Shown here one piece after another: positions 47,330-57,040 of a stretch of DNA of 64,000 bases. Source of the stretch: an uncultured virus (IMG/VR IMGVR_UViG_3300007171_000012) (Duplodnaviria > Heunggongvirae > Uroviricota > Caudoviricetes); IMG/VR virus record IMGVR_UViG_3300007171_000012; one strand, 5' to 3'. The notes under the pieces are model-generated. The model saw only the letters and a program-made list of their open reading frames with translations. It was not told where the DNA came from and searched no databases. The translations under genes were made by a program, and so were the position numbers. Numbering within the stretch: the first letter of the stretch is position 1; the number at the start of each line of letters is the position of its first letter.

Positions 47330-48121
47330 ATGTTTGGGCAAATCACAAATCATGAAAACAAACTATTTGTTTCGGGCCAAGAGATTTTTGGCATCGAAAA
47401 CTTAGATATTTCCTATTCTAATTCTCCAGCTATTTCAAAATATCTAGGATTCGAAAGAGCAACAACTGTTATCAATGGAGCAACTCAGCAAAAACTAAGC
47501 ATATCAAGAAATCTTATTTATCAAGATCCTTTGTTAAATTACACTGGCTCGTCTCAAATGAGCGGAAGCTTGAATTATGGCGGCAACAGCTATGGATTTA
47601 AAAGTGGCTATCTTGATGAATATATGGTTAATTGCGCTGTTGGCTCAATACCAAAAGTCAGCACCAATGTAACAATTTATGATGAATTAAAAACTGGAGT
47701 CAACAATGCATCTGGGTCGATTGCTGCGCCAACTTTCTATATTCCAAACCAAGGATCTATTTCATTAACATGCGATTATTCTTCTACAAATAGAGTAGTT
47801 GGTTTTGATTATGCTATCAGATGCTCCAGAAAACCAATTTATAATATTGGCTCTAAATTTCCAACAGAGATACTTTCAGTTGGACCTTTTGAGTTTTCTG
47901 CTACAGTTCAAATTGAAGTAGATGATTCATTTTTAGCAAGCGGAATGGAATTTTTATCGAAAAAAGAAAACAAAACAGTAACATTCTCTATAAAGTCAAA
48001 AGATAAGACTGTTACTTTGCAACAACTGCAAATACCTAATGCTTCTTTGATTGGAGAATCTTTATCTAGCAGTGCGGATGGAGGAGTCAAACTAACATTA
48101 AATTATATTGGACATTCATGA
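47330..48121 (+). CDS. distal tail / tube-like protein
   Basis: Follows the TMP; GYLDEYMVNCAVGSIP motif shared with the tube protein. Confidence 0.55.
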   Translation: MFGQITNHENKLFVSGQEIFGIENLDISYSNSPAISKYLGFERATTVINGATQQKLSISRNLIYQDPLLNYTGSSQMSGSLNYGGNSYGFKSGYLDEYMVNCAVGSIPKVSTNVTIYDELKTGVNNASGSIAAPTFYIPNQGSISLTCDYSSTNRVVGFDYAIRCSRKPIYNIGSKFPTEILSVGPFEFSATVQIEVDDSFLASGMEFLSKKENKTVTFSIKSKDKTVTLQQLQIPNASLIGESLSSSADGGVKLTLNYIGHS

Positions 48122-49062
48122 GCGCATTTTACGATAGAACAACTGGAAATATAACTGGAGTAACTCCATTAACGGGTTTGAGTTTAGAGCCTGTATATGG
48201 ATCAAGAGCTTCTTTCAGCGCAAGATCAAATACATATGAAACTCAAAATGGATACTTCAACATGATCCCATCATCAATCAATAGTATTGATGCTAAGTTT
48301 GAATTAAGATTTGACGTTAATGAAATCTCCGCGCAACAATTAGTTTCTTATATTGAACGTCAAGAAGGTAATAAATTATTTGGCTTCACCGACGCATCTA
48401 ACTTTTATAAAACTATCAGTGGAGTATGTGATAACTATGCAGTCAATCACATAAATAAAAACCATTACGAAGTAGCAGTATCTTTCGAAGTTAATCAAGC
48501 TCCAGCTTTACTCAACTGGTCTGGAATGACATTTATTAATAGTCCGCTACAAACATGGTCTGCGGCAACTTCATATAAGAAATATGATATTGTTTATAGC
48601 GGCATTAGCGCAAATAAATTAAACAACTATTATTATTGCAGTGGAGATCATACATCTTCAAGCGCATCAGTTGATGGACCGACAGGATCATCGTCAAAAT
48701 GGACTCAAGCATTTTTCTTTGAACCTGATGTCGGATTACAAAACGATGTTACTTTAAAAGTAGATAAAATAGAATTCAAAAACTCGTTTATTCAGCGAAT
48801 GAAAACTCGCAGAAATTTGGCGCAAACTAATTTCTCTTATAAATTCAGTAATGTGTCAACAAGACAAGCTAAAGCGATTCTCCACTTTTTAGAAAACAAA
48901 GCGGGTTTTAGAAAATTCTCGCATACTCCTCAATCTGTGTATAATAGGGAAAAGGTATTTTATGCCCCTTCGTGGAGTCATACTTTTAAATATTTTGATT
49001 CTCATGATATTGAAGTATCATTGATTGAAGATCCACTAGGAGTAATACCAACAGGAACATGA
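48118..49062 (+). CDS. minor tail protein (two lambda gpM-like halves with a carbohydrate-binding-like insert)
   Basis: QLVSYIERQEG and AILHFLENKAG repeats; WSAATSYKKYDIVY insert. Confidence 0.6.
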   Translation: MSAFYDRTTGNITGVTPLTGLSLEPVYGSRASFSARSNTYETQNGYFNMIPSSINSIDAKFELRFDVNEISAQQLVSYIERQEGNKLFGFTDASNFYKTISGVCDNYAVNHINKNHYEVAVSFEVNQAPALLNWSGMTFINSPLQTWSAATSYKKYDIVYSGISANKLNNYYYCSGDHTSSSASVDGPTGSSSKWTQAFFFEPDVGLQNDVTLKVDKIEFKNSFIQRMKTRRNLAQTNFSYKFSNVSTRQAKAILHFLENKAGFRKFSHTPQSVYNREKVFYAPSWSHTFKYFDSHDIEVSLIEDPLGVIPTGT

Positions 49063-50231
49063 AAAAAATAGTCATAAAAAGCAACTCAACATTCGCATTG
49101 ATTGGCGATTCTCCATCTTGGACTACTGGACAAGATTCGGCGCGATTACTTTCTCTTGTGCAAAGCACCGATTGCTCTATCACAAGCGATAGACAAAAAA
49201 TCAAGCAAATTGGCAGTCAAGACTATGCTGTAAATGATATTGTAAAAGCTCCAGAAGTTGAGTTATCAATGAGTTACTATTTAACTCCTTATTTAAGCAA
49301 TGAGTTGCTTTTCGGATTAAAAGGTTCTGGAGATAGTTATGAACCAGCATTATCAAATCTGCAAGGTAAAAATAATAACATATATTTATTGATTAATACA
49401 GAAGCTGGTCAAGATGGTTTCACTGCTGCTAAAAACTTACCTTCAAATTTCAGTGGATACAATGCAATGAATTTTGGAAATTGTTATCTTACAAAATATT
49501 CTGTTGCATTTGCAATAGGGCAGATTCCAGCGGTATCTGTTGGTTTTTCAGCTTCAAATGTAAGATGTGAATCTTTAACTGGCAACAAAATGCCAATACC
49601 AGCGATCAATAGCATTTCTGGAAATAATAGCGGATCGGGCAATTTAGATCTTTCACAGTTATATCAAACTATAACAGGAACATATATAAAAAATAATCCA
49701 GAATCAAGAAACGAATATAATGCACCTGTAGCATTATCTAGTGCAAGCACTTTTTCTCTTCAGAATTTGCAAATAGGAGGAGTTAATTTAGATCCAAGCG
49801 CAAATCCATTGCTACAATCTTTTTCTTTAGATTTGGATTTGGCCAGAGTTCCTCTTTATGGACTAGGAAGTAATTATATATTTGATAGAAAACTTCTTTT
49901 TCCAAACAATGGACAAGTGCAGATTTCTTGTTTAGTTTCTGGATTAGCAGTTGGCAATATACAATCTTTGCTTGGAAATGAAAGCGGATATTCTTTAGAA
50001 GTATCATTTGCCGATCAAACTAAATCACAATCTGGTTTTTATAAGATTGAAAATGCAAAACTAGAATCCTCCAGCTACTCGATGCAGACAAATGGGATAA
50101 TGCAATTCAATGCTACTTATTCATTTGCCGCAAATGAGACTGGAGGATTTTTTATGAAACGAGAACTCTCAACGAGTGGAGCATATTACGAGCCATTTTC
50201 GATTATGGGCGCATTTGCTCCAGCGTTTTAA
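49059..50231 (+). CDS. tail tube paralogue
   Basis: Aligns by eye with 32727-33833 (VQS...RQ...P.V...YY; GN.YLT.Y....A.G.IP..SV.F..SN). Confidence 0.6.
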   Translation: MKKIVIKSNSTFALIGDSPSWTTGQDSARLLSLVQSTDCSITSDRQKIKQIGSQDYAVNDIVKAPEVELSMSYYLTPYLSNELLFGLKGSGDSYEPALSNLQGKNNNIYLLINTEAGQDGFTAAKNLPSNFSGYNAMNFGNCYLTKYSVAFAIGQIPAVSVGFSASNVRCESLTGNKMPIPAINSISGNNSGSGNLDLSQLYQTITGTYIKNNPESRNEYNAPVALSSASTFSLQNLQIGGVNLDPSANPLLQSFSLDLDLARVPLYGLGSNYIFDRKLLFPNNGQVQISCLVSGLAVGNIQSLLGNESGYSLEVSFADQTKSQSGFYKIENAKLESSSYSMQTNGIMQFNATYSFAANETGGFFMKRELSTSGAYYEPFSIMGAFAPAF

Positions 50232-50629
50232 TTTTTTGCAGTGAAGTCAACAGAAACATGTTGATTTTCAAATTTCTTTTTGAACTGATCAGGATGTTTT
50301 GCGCCTTTTCTTGCTTTCGAATAGTTTTCGAAATACTTTTCTTTTACTGGATCAATACCTCCTGCTGTTTCTGACCTTTTTGCACTAAGCTCCGCGCTTC
50401 TATCAATTAGATCGCCATAAGTTCCCTTTTTATTATAAGTTTTATCTGTAAATTGCTGAGAACTAAATGGATCAATAACAGAGTCGATAGAAGCCTGCGG
50501 AACCGTGAATACTCTTTTCCAATTTTTTTCATCACCATTTTCTCCAAAATATTCATGTTTTTCTTTCATAGATTGAAAGACTTCTCGATATTCGTCGGTT
50601 TCTAAATTGTGATAAATATATATTGGCAT
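50228..50629 (-). CDS. FmdB-like small protein lacking the Cys ligands
   Basis: MPIYIYHNLETDEYREVFQSM...WKRVFT. Confidence 0.55.
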   Translation of the reverse strand: MPIYIYHNLETDEYREVFQSMKEKHEYFGENGDEKNWKRVFTVPQASIDSVIDPFSSQQFTDKTYNKKGTYGDLIDRSAELSAKRSETAGGIDPVKEKYFENYSKARKGAKHPDQFKKKFENQHVSVDFTAKN

Positions 50630-50643
50630 AGAATATTATAAGC

Positions 50644-51720
50644 TTAATTAGCGAAAGATTCAATAATTGAATCAACAGTAGCACTGTAAGTCATTTTATT
50701 GCCTAATTCAATTCCATTTTTATTGACAATTGAATGTTTTCTAACAGCCAGTTCCATCGCAGCAATAGCTACATCTTCATCCCAAGTGTAAAATACGCCT
50801 TGATTAAATGGTTGCCCGCGACTGAAGAAAAACCCGTCATCAACTGGCATTGTGCCATTAGGTTCAATCATGATTGAATTATCCTGTGTAGCCCAATCAA
50901 GATGTGATGTAGCGGCTAAGACGATAGACCATTTGCCTAAACATGTAGCATTAAAGCTAGGAAGATTCCAACCTTCCCCACCGCTAAGACCCGTCAAATC
51001 AATATCAATAGCATTTAGGAATTCATTAACCTCTTTATTTGTTGATAAATATGGAAGGAAATTAATATTCGTATAACGCTTACCTTGAAGAATATTAGCG
51101 ATAGCCGCTTGCATTTGTTCTGGCTTTAAAAATGGATTTGTAATACAGCAGGAAAGCTGATAGCGATTATCATTTCCAAAAGCCTTTAACCAAGTTTGAA
51201 TAATAGAAACTGTATGCTTTCTCTTTTCCAATTTACCCATCAAACCAAAATGAATAACGCCCCGTAGGTATTCTTTATTTGTTGGTTTAAAATCTGGATC
51301 AAAGCCAAGAGGAAGAAAAGCAGTATTAGTGCAACCAGCAGCATCAAACAGGTCTTTTGAATATTTGGAACTAAAGAACGTTAAATCTTGAGATTTACAG
51401 ACAGAAACCTCATCTTTTGTTGGTTGGCTACATTCATAAAAAGTATATAAATGTTGCTTTGGAGTTTTTCTATTTTCGCCCCCATTCAGATGCCAGAGTT
51501 TGAATACTGGAGTTTTTTCCGACAAAAGATCAAGTCTCTTATCAATGCTTTCTTGGAGCCACTTAGTAAAAGACTGATCTAGTGAATAAGCAGAGAGATC
51601 TGGGTTCCCAATTGGGAACAGCCCGACTTCTACATTTTTCTTATGCAATTCCCTGAGAATGTTAACAGAAACATTACCAAAGCTCAGGGAATTAATTGGA
51701 GTTTCAACAAGGAGTTTCAT
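50644..51720 (-). CDS. GT-B fold glycosyltransferase
   Basis: PLGFD, GKLEKRK, SGGEGWNLP motifs. Confidence 0.8.
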   Translation of the reverse strand: MKLLVETPINSLSFGNVSVNILRELHKKNVEVGLFPIGNPDLSAYSLDQSFTKWLQESIDKRLDLLSEKTPVFKLWHLNGGENRKTPKQHLYTFYECSQPTKDEVSVCKSQDLTFFSSKYSKDLFDAAGCTNTAFLPLGFDPDFKPTNKEYLRGVIHFGLMGKLEKRKHTVSIIQTWLKAFGNDNRYQLSCCITNPFLKPEQMQAAIANILQGKRYTNINFLPYLSTNKEVNEFLNAIDIDLTGLSGGEGWNLPSFNATCLGKWSIVLAATSHLDWATQDNSIMIEPNGTMPVDDGFFFSRGQPFNQGVFYTWDEDVAIAAMELAVRKHSIVNKNGIELGNKMTYSATVDSIIESFAN

Positions 51721-52115
51721 TAGAATGGAATATCGTCTTCATCTCCTGATGGAGATGCTGCTGGAGCGGGTGCGCTGGATGAACCAGACTGAGAAGCATC
51801 ACTTGAACTCTTTGCAGAACCGATAAACTTTACTCGATTCGCTCTGATAAAGTTCTTTGATTGAGTCTTTCCATCGTTACCCTGCCAAGAAGAAAGGCAA
51901 AGTTCGCCTTCGACAAGGACTTCGCGGCCCTTAGTAAGATACTTGGCACAGACCTCTGCGGTCTTCTCCCAAGCTTCTACGTCAATAAAGCACTTGTTCT
52001 TTGCATTATTTTCAGAAATGCACATGCGGATTGTGCAAATGGTCTTTCCAGTGGAAGTATTTCGAACGATTGGATCGTTTACCAAGTAGCCTGCTGCGAT
52101 GATTGTGTTATACAT
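51720..52115 (-). CDS. ssb: single-stranded DNA-binding protein
   Basis: GYLVNDP, FIDVEAWEKTAE, LTKGREVLVEGEL, C-terminal DDIPF. Confidence 0.95.
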   Translation of the reverse strand: MYNTIIAAGYLVNDPIVRNTSTGKTICTIRMCISENNAKNKCFIDVEAWEKTAEVCAKYLTKGREVLVEGELCLSSWQGNDGKTQSKNFIRANRVKFIGSAKSSSDASQSGSSSAPAPAASPSGDEDDIPF

Positions 52116-52677
52116 TTGTTATTTCTTTCTTTATTTTTTGAATAAATTTATTGTGAATGTCGATACATCCTTGTATGCTCATGTTTAGAGCTTTGGAAAT
52201 TTCTTTCCATGAGTGAGTTTTAGTATAACCAAAACAATATCTCATGTCAATAATTTTCTTAATTCTTTTGTCTGAACTTTTGTTCGCCAAATCAATAATT
52301 TTGTTGACGAGTTCTTGTTGTTGAAGATCTGATAAAAAATCATCAGAGCTAGATTTTTCTTTTATAGAATCATCTAAAGGCTCTTGGACCATTTTTTTAT
52401 TTTTATTAAACATGTTCAGGCATCTCCAGCGAGTATCATTTGCCAAATAAGTAGAAAATTTAGTATTTTTACTTGGTTGGAAATTTAAAGCCGCAGAATA
52501 AATATAATAATCCTTATCCAAAAGGATCTCCTTTTTATTCATGAATGAACAAGAATCAGAAACAGTTCTGTTAACCATATCTATATAGATTCCAGAATGT
52601 CTATCAATTAGTTCACGAAGACTTTCGCTATCGTTATTTTGTTTGATGTTTTCAATTAATGACAAGTCTGAGTCCAT
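52108..52677 (-). CDS. sigma70-family/ECF-like factor
   Basis: ELIDRHSG, FQPSKNTKFSTYL (region 2), IIDMRY...SWKEISKALNMS (region 4 HTH). Confidence 0.8.
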   Translation of the reverse strand: MDSDLSLIENIKQNNDSESLRELIDRHSGIYIDMVNRTVSDSCSFMNKKEILLDKDYYIYSAALNFQPSKNTKFSTYLANDTRWRCLNMFNKNKKMVQEPLDDSIKEKSSSDDFLSDLQQQELVNKIIDLANKSSDKRIKKIIDMRYCFGYTKTHSWKEISKALNMSIQGCIDIHNKFIQKIKKEITNV

Positions 52678-53240
52678 GTTTCTAATTGGCTTTCTGGAAT
52701 GGCCTTTAATAAGACCTCGTAAGCAATAGCTGAAAGCCATTTCTCATCCGAAATGCTTCCCCATACAAACGAACAATCACAATCTGATTTAAGTTTCATT
52801 GTATGCTCCTCTTCTTCTTTGTTTGCTGGAGGAATAAGATTTCCTTCTGGATCATATCTTTCTACAAAGATAGAATATCCGCCAGATTTCTTAACCCATT
52901 CTAATTCATTTTCAAATCTAACATCGCTAATGATAGAAACAACCTTATCTGAAAGAAGGTTTTTTACAGAATCAATCCAAACATCAGGATTTAACTTTCT
53001 TCGAACATGCGTTCCCCAAGTAACCAAAAATGGACGAATGATTTTCTTTTCTTCGTCATTTTGAGTGAATGAACTAATACCAATTTTATCTTTTAGAAAA
53101 TCGTCAGTTTCTTTTTTAAGTTCATTTGCAAATGAAACTTTTTGACAAGCAATGCCCCATTCCTTAAGAATCGACATTATATTGTCCCCTAGAGTATCTT
53201 TGCCACTTCTTGCTGGTCCAGAAATTCCAATAATATTCAT
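52656..53240 (-). CDS. deoxynucleoside monophosphate kinase
   Basis: IGISGPARSGKDT, SFANELK, RPFLVTWG, ISDVRFENE. Confidence 0.88.
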   Translation of the reverse strand: MNIIGISGPARSGKDTLGDNIMSILKEWGIACQKVSFANELKKETDDFLKDKIGISSFTQNDEEKKIIRPFLVTWGTHVRRKLNPDVWIDSVKNLLSDKVVSIISDVRFENELEWVKKSGGYSIFVERYDPEGNLIPPANKEEEEHTMKLKSDCDCSFVWGSISDEKWLSAIAYEVLLKAIPESQLETWTQTCH

Positions 53241-53731
53241 GATCCTGTGCTGCCAAAGCCTCCTGCATTTCTACTGGTTTCTTCAAATGAATCAACTAAT
53301 TCAAGTTCTGGAGTGAGAGTTTCGCTGAATACTAACTGTCCAATTTTATCTCCCTTTTTATAAATAAATGACCAATTAACTTGCGTAAAAATAGATCCAT
53401 TATGAATAATTAAATCACAAGGCTGTGCGATGTATTTAAATCTAACTTTAAGCGTTCCTCTGTATCCATTATCAATAACTCCAACGCTATTAGCAAACAT
53501 CAAGTTGGTTTTGGATATAGAAGATCTTGGAAAAAAATAAGAGTGTATTCCAGAATCTGGTTCGATGATTAAATCAGTATCATATTCAATATATGATATA
53601 TGCGAATATACATCAGGCAATACTTCTGTTCCAACGATAGCTGGGCCTGAACTAGCTATAACATCAAAGCCCGCATCTCCTTGGAGAGCAGGCTTGGAAA
53701 TTTTATCGAGTGAGTTTGCTTTAACCTTCAT
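53237..53731 (-). CDS. dut: dUTPase
   Basis: DAGFD, PRSSISK, GVIDNGYRG, GDKIGQL, RNAGGFGSTG. Confidence 0.95.
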   Translation of the reverse strand: MKVKANSLDKISKPALQGDAGFDVIASSGPAIVGTEVLPDVYSHISYIEYDTDLIIEPDSGIHSYFFPRSSISKTNLMFANSVGVIDNGYRGTLKVRFKYIAQPCDLIIHNGSIFTQVNWSFIYKKGDKIGQLVFSETLTPELELVDSFEETSRNAGGFGSTGS

Positions 53732-54005
53732 CTTCTTCGATTTGTTTGATCATTTCGGTCGCATGTTTATGCATGCCAATATCCGCCAAAACAGACGGAG
53801 AGTAAATTAATTTAGTTTCATCTTGAAACATCTGAATTGGCACAACAGAAATAGCTGCTGCTACAGAAAATTTTTCAGAATCACAATCCACTTGTTGACG
53901 CAAGGCAATTGCCGCAGCCTCCTCAAAAGAAGAGGCTTTTTCCACAACCTGCGTCCATTCAGCGCTTGAGCATAAAAAGGCTCTTTGGTGTTGTTGTTCT
54001 AGCAT
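53721..54005 (-). CDS. hypothetical protein
   Basis: 94 aa; TTGACA-N17-TATAAA lies 6 nt before the ATG. Confidence 0.65.
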   Translation of the reverse strand: MLEQQHQRAFLCSSAEWTQVVEKASSFEEAAAIALRQQVDCDSEKFSVAAAISVVPIQMFQDETKLIYSPSVLADIGMHKHATEMIKQIEEDEG

Positions 54006-54320
54006 AAAATATTTATACTACGTATTCCGATATTTGTCAATATCAAAAATTTTCGTCCTATTAAATTAATTTTGAATAACTTTGGATAATCAATAGCGTA
54101 AAACTTCAACCAATATGGTTCGCTTAAAATTAATTTAATTCGTATTCGCTATAGATTGATCGTGAATCGCGTTAGGCTCATCCAAAGTTTATTGTTTATT
54201 ATCGTAAAGTAGCTACGTTATCGTAAGACATTTTTCCTAGATGTCAAGAAAAAAATTTAAGAAAATTTTCATTGCAGATTGATTTTAGATGTGATACAAC
54301 GTGTAAAACACACTACTATT

Positions 54321-55304
54321 ATGAGTATTTTTGAAGCGGGTAAATATTTAGATCCAGAGTATCAATTTCTGGATAAATATGTGGGAATCATGTATAGAGG
54401 GTTTTGGACTCCAGCTAAGTATGAAAAATTGATCAAAGAACAGGATGTCCCTTATTATTTCAATTCGATGACCAAGGTTGACCAAGAGGCAATTAAGCGC
54501 TGTATTTTGGCTGTGGCCATCGTTGAAGACAAAGTGAAGGTATATTGGCCTTCTTTGCATTTTGATCTTCCACAGACGATTATTGGCGATATTGGAGGCT
54601 TGTTTGGAATGTCAGAAACAACTCATAGACGATCATACCATTCTTTGCTTGAGAATTTAAAAATTGATCCACAGGAAATTCACAGTCATCCAGCAACCGA
54701 GGGAAGAATTACTTATCTTGCTAAATATTTGGAAAATGATCCAAAAGTGATCGGTAAAAAGAGAATCCTCAAAAAGCTTGTTTTGTTTACTTCTCTTGTT
54801 GAAAGAGTCAGTTTGTTTACTCAGTTTTATATTTTGATGTCTTATGCTAAGGCTAATAAAGGACTCAAAACAATTTCATCATTGCAGCAAACTACAGCCA
54901 CCGAAGAAATGGTTCATTACTCTTGCGGTATGGCAATAATCAATAAAATCAAGAGCCAGCATCCTCAACTCTGGGACGAGTATTTGATTGAACTCGTAGA
55001 AAAGAATATCAAAGATGCTTATGAAGCAGAAATCAATTTGATTAATTGGTTTTTTGAAAATGGCACTCCATCCCACCTCACAAAAGAAGAGGTTATAAAC
55101 TTTCTGAACTTTAATATCAATGAAGTTTGTAAAGATCTTGAACTTGGAGTAAGATTCGATTACAATGCCGATCTATATGAGCAAAAAAATAAATGGTTCA
55201 TGGAAAAAGTCCTGAACGCGGGCGAACCAGATTTCTTTGACTGTCCTGCTGGCGGATATGCTTCAGAGGATATTGATGTTGACTTGGATAATTTTAATTT
55301 TTAA
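54321..55304 (+). CDS. nrdB: ribonucleotide reductase beta subunit (class Id-like)
   Basis: FW; VEDKVKVYW; ETTHRRSY; VERVSLFTQF; EEMVH. Confidence 0.9.
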   Translation: MSIFEAGKYLDPEYQFLDKYVGIMYRGFWTPAKYEKLIKEQDVPYYFNSMTKVDQEAIKRCILAVAIVEDKVKVYWPSLHFDLPQTIIGDIGGLFGMSETTHRRSYHSLLENLKIDPQEIHSHPATEGRITYLAKYLENDPKVIGKKRILKKLVLFTSLVERVSLFTQFYILMSYAKANKGLKTISSLQQTTATEEMVHYSCGMAIINKIKSQHPQLWDEYLIELVEKNIKDAYEAEINLINWFFENGTPSHLTKEEVINFLNFNINEVCKDLELGVRFDYNADLYEQKNKWFMEKVLNAGEPDFFDCPAGGYASEDIDVDLDNFNF

Positions 55305-55308
55305 CTAT

Positions 55309-56991
55309 ATGAGTTTTGGAACTGAACAACTAGAATTTCTTCGTGCGAAGAATTATTTAAATGGAAATACGCTGGATGGAAGAATTGATGAAATCAAAGC
55401 TGTTGTCAAACGCTATGAATCAGACTATTCCGAAGGGCTGGCTGATAGGATTGCTTCTTATATCAAAAGAAGAATCTTAAGCCCTTCTACTCCACAGTGG
55501 GCTAATTTAGGAAAGGAGAAGAAAAGTGGAACGTCTCCTCTCCCAGCTTCATGTTATATCACTTCTCCGACAAATAGTATTCAAGGCATTTATTATGCAA
55601 TTGGAGAAACTGCAATGATGTCTAAGTTAGGTGGCGGCGTTGGCGCGGATTTTACCAATTTATCGAATAAAGGTGAATTCGTTGAAGAAGGATTTTATAC
55701 AAATTCTAAGCTGGATTGGATTGAAGATCTTGTTAGCGCAAGCCAAAAAGTTTCTCAGGGATCTCAAAGAAGGGGTTATTCTGTGCCATTCATTTCTATT
55801 GACGATCCAGAATTTTATGATATTCTGCAACGCTGCGATAAAACAAATCCAGATAAAAATGATCCTTTGGTAAATAACAATCTTGGAGTTACTCTTCCAA
55901 TTGGATTTAGAAATAGAATCCAAAATGGAGACAAAGAAGCTCAAAAAAGATTCCTGAAGTGCCTTAGCATTAGAGAAGCTTCTGGCAAATTATATCTTGT
56001 TGATATTGAAAATTGCAATAAGAATCAAAGCCCAGTTTATGCTAAACTCGGTCACACGGTCACTTCTACCAATATCTGCACCGAAGTTCTTACTCCTAAG
56101 TATGATGACAAGAGTTTTGTTTGCGTCATTTGCTCATTAAATGCCGTTCATTGGGATGAAATCAAGGCAAATCCTCAGATTATTAAAGATGCCTACATGT
56201 TCTTAGATATTAACGTATCTGAATTTATTAGGCTTACCGAAGGCGTTCCTTTTATGGAGAAAGCTCGCCGTTCCGCTATGGAAAAAAGAGATATTGGCCT
56301 TGGCGTTCTTGGTTTCCATGAATATCTTCAATCTAAAGGATGCGCTTTTGGAGATCTTAACAGCAGATGGATCAATAAAGATATTTTCTTTACAATCCGA
56401 AGCGTTGGCGAAGAATATGCATTAGAAATTGGAGAAAAACTTGGCAGCCCTAAAATGTGCCAAGATGCAGAAATGGTTCGCCGCAATGTATCGTTAATGA
56501 TGGTTGCTCCAAACAAATCAACTTCATTCTTATGCGACACAACTCTTGGAATTGAACCTAGTTTTAGTAATTACTATGTAAAATCACTAGCTGGAATTCA
56601 ATCTACTTCTAAAAATAAACATCTTAAAGTTCTTTTGGAATCAAAAGGCAAGGATACTGTTGAAGTTTGGGATTCTATCTTAGCTAACTTAGGATCTGTC
56701 CAGCACCTTGATTTCCTCGATGAAAAGGAAAAATCTATCTTCAAAACTGCTTCTGAAATTTCTCCAAAAGATATAATTGATTTGGCGGCTGATAGACAAG
56801 TTTTTATTGATATGGCTCAGAGTATTAATTTGTTTAATCGTCCAAATTATACAAAACACGATATTTATCAGATTCATAAATATGCATTTGAGAAAGGCTT
56901 AAAAACTCTTTACTACTATTTCCCTCAAGCTCATGCAGCGTTAGAAAAAGGTGGAGAAAAATGGGACGCATGCGAGTCTTGCGCTGATTAA
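55309..56991 (+). CDS. nrdA: ribonucleotide reductase alpha subunit, short form without ATP cone
   Basis: SPSTPQW, SCY, GGGVG, TNICTE, VAPNKSTS, FIDMAQSINL, LKTLYY, C-terminal CESC. Confidence 0.95.
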   Translation: MSFGTEQLEFLRAKNYLNGNTLDGRIDEIKAVVKRYESDYSEGLADRIASYIKRRILSPSTPQWANLGKEKKSGTSPLPASCYITSPTNSIQGIYYAIGETAMMSKLGGGVGADFTNLSNKGEFVEEGFYTNSKLDWIEDLVSASQKVSQGSQRRGYSVPFISIDDPEFYDILQRCDKTNPDKNDPLVNNNLGVTLPIGFRNRIQNGDKEAQKRFLKCLSIREASGKLYLVDIENCNKNQSPVYAKLGHTVTSTNICTEVLTPKYDDKSFVCVICSLNAVHWDEIKANPQIIKDAYMFLDINVSEFIRLTEGVPFMEKARRSAMEKRDIGLGVLGFHEYLQSKGCAFGDLNSRWINKDIFFTIRSVGEEYALEIGEKLGSPKMCQDAEMVRRNVSLMMVAPNKSTSFLCDTTLGIEPSFSNYYVKSLAGIQSTSKNKHLKVLLESKGKDTVEVWDSILANLGSVQHLDFLDEKEKSIFKTASEISPKDIIDLAADRQVFIDMAQSINLFNRPNYTKHDIYQIHKYAFEKGLKTLYYYFPQAHAALEKGGEKWDACESCAD

Positions 56992-57040
56992 AAAAATAAC
57001 AAAAATATCAAATTTTGTGTAATAAATTATAACTATAATT

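Noticed and set aside
22699..56991. Introns or inteins in terL, nrdA or nrdB; alternative genetic code; tRNA genes
   Set aside because: The ORFs are continuous and of ordinary length under the standard code; no intein termini or tRNA T-loop/cloverleaf was noticed by eye.
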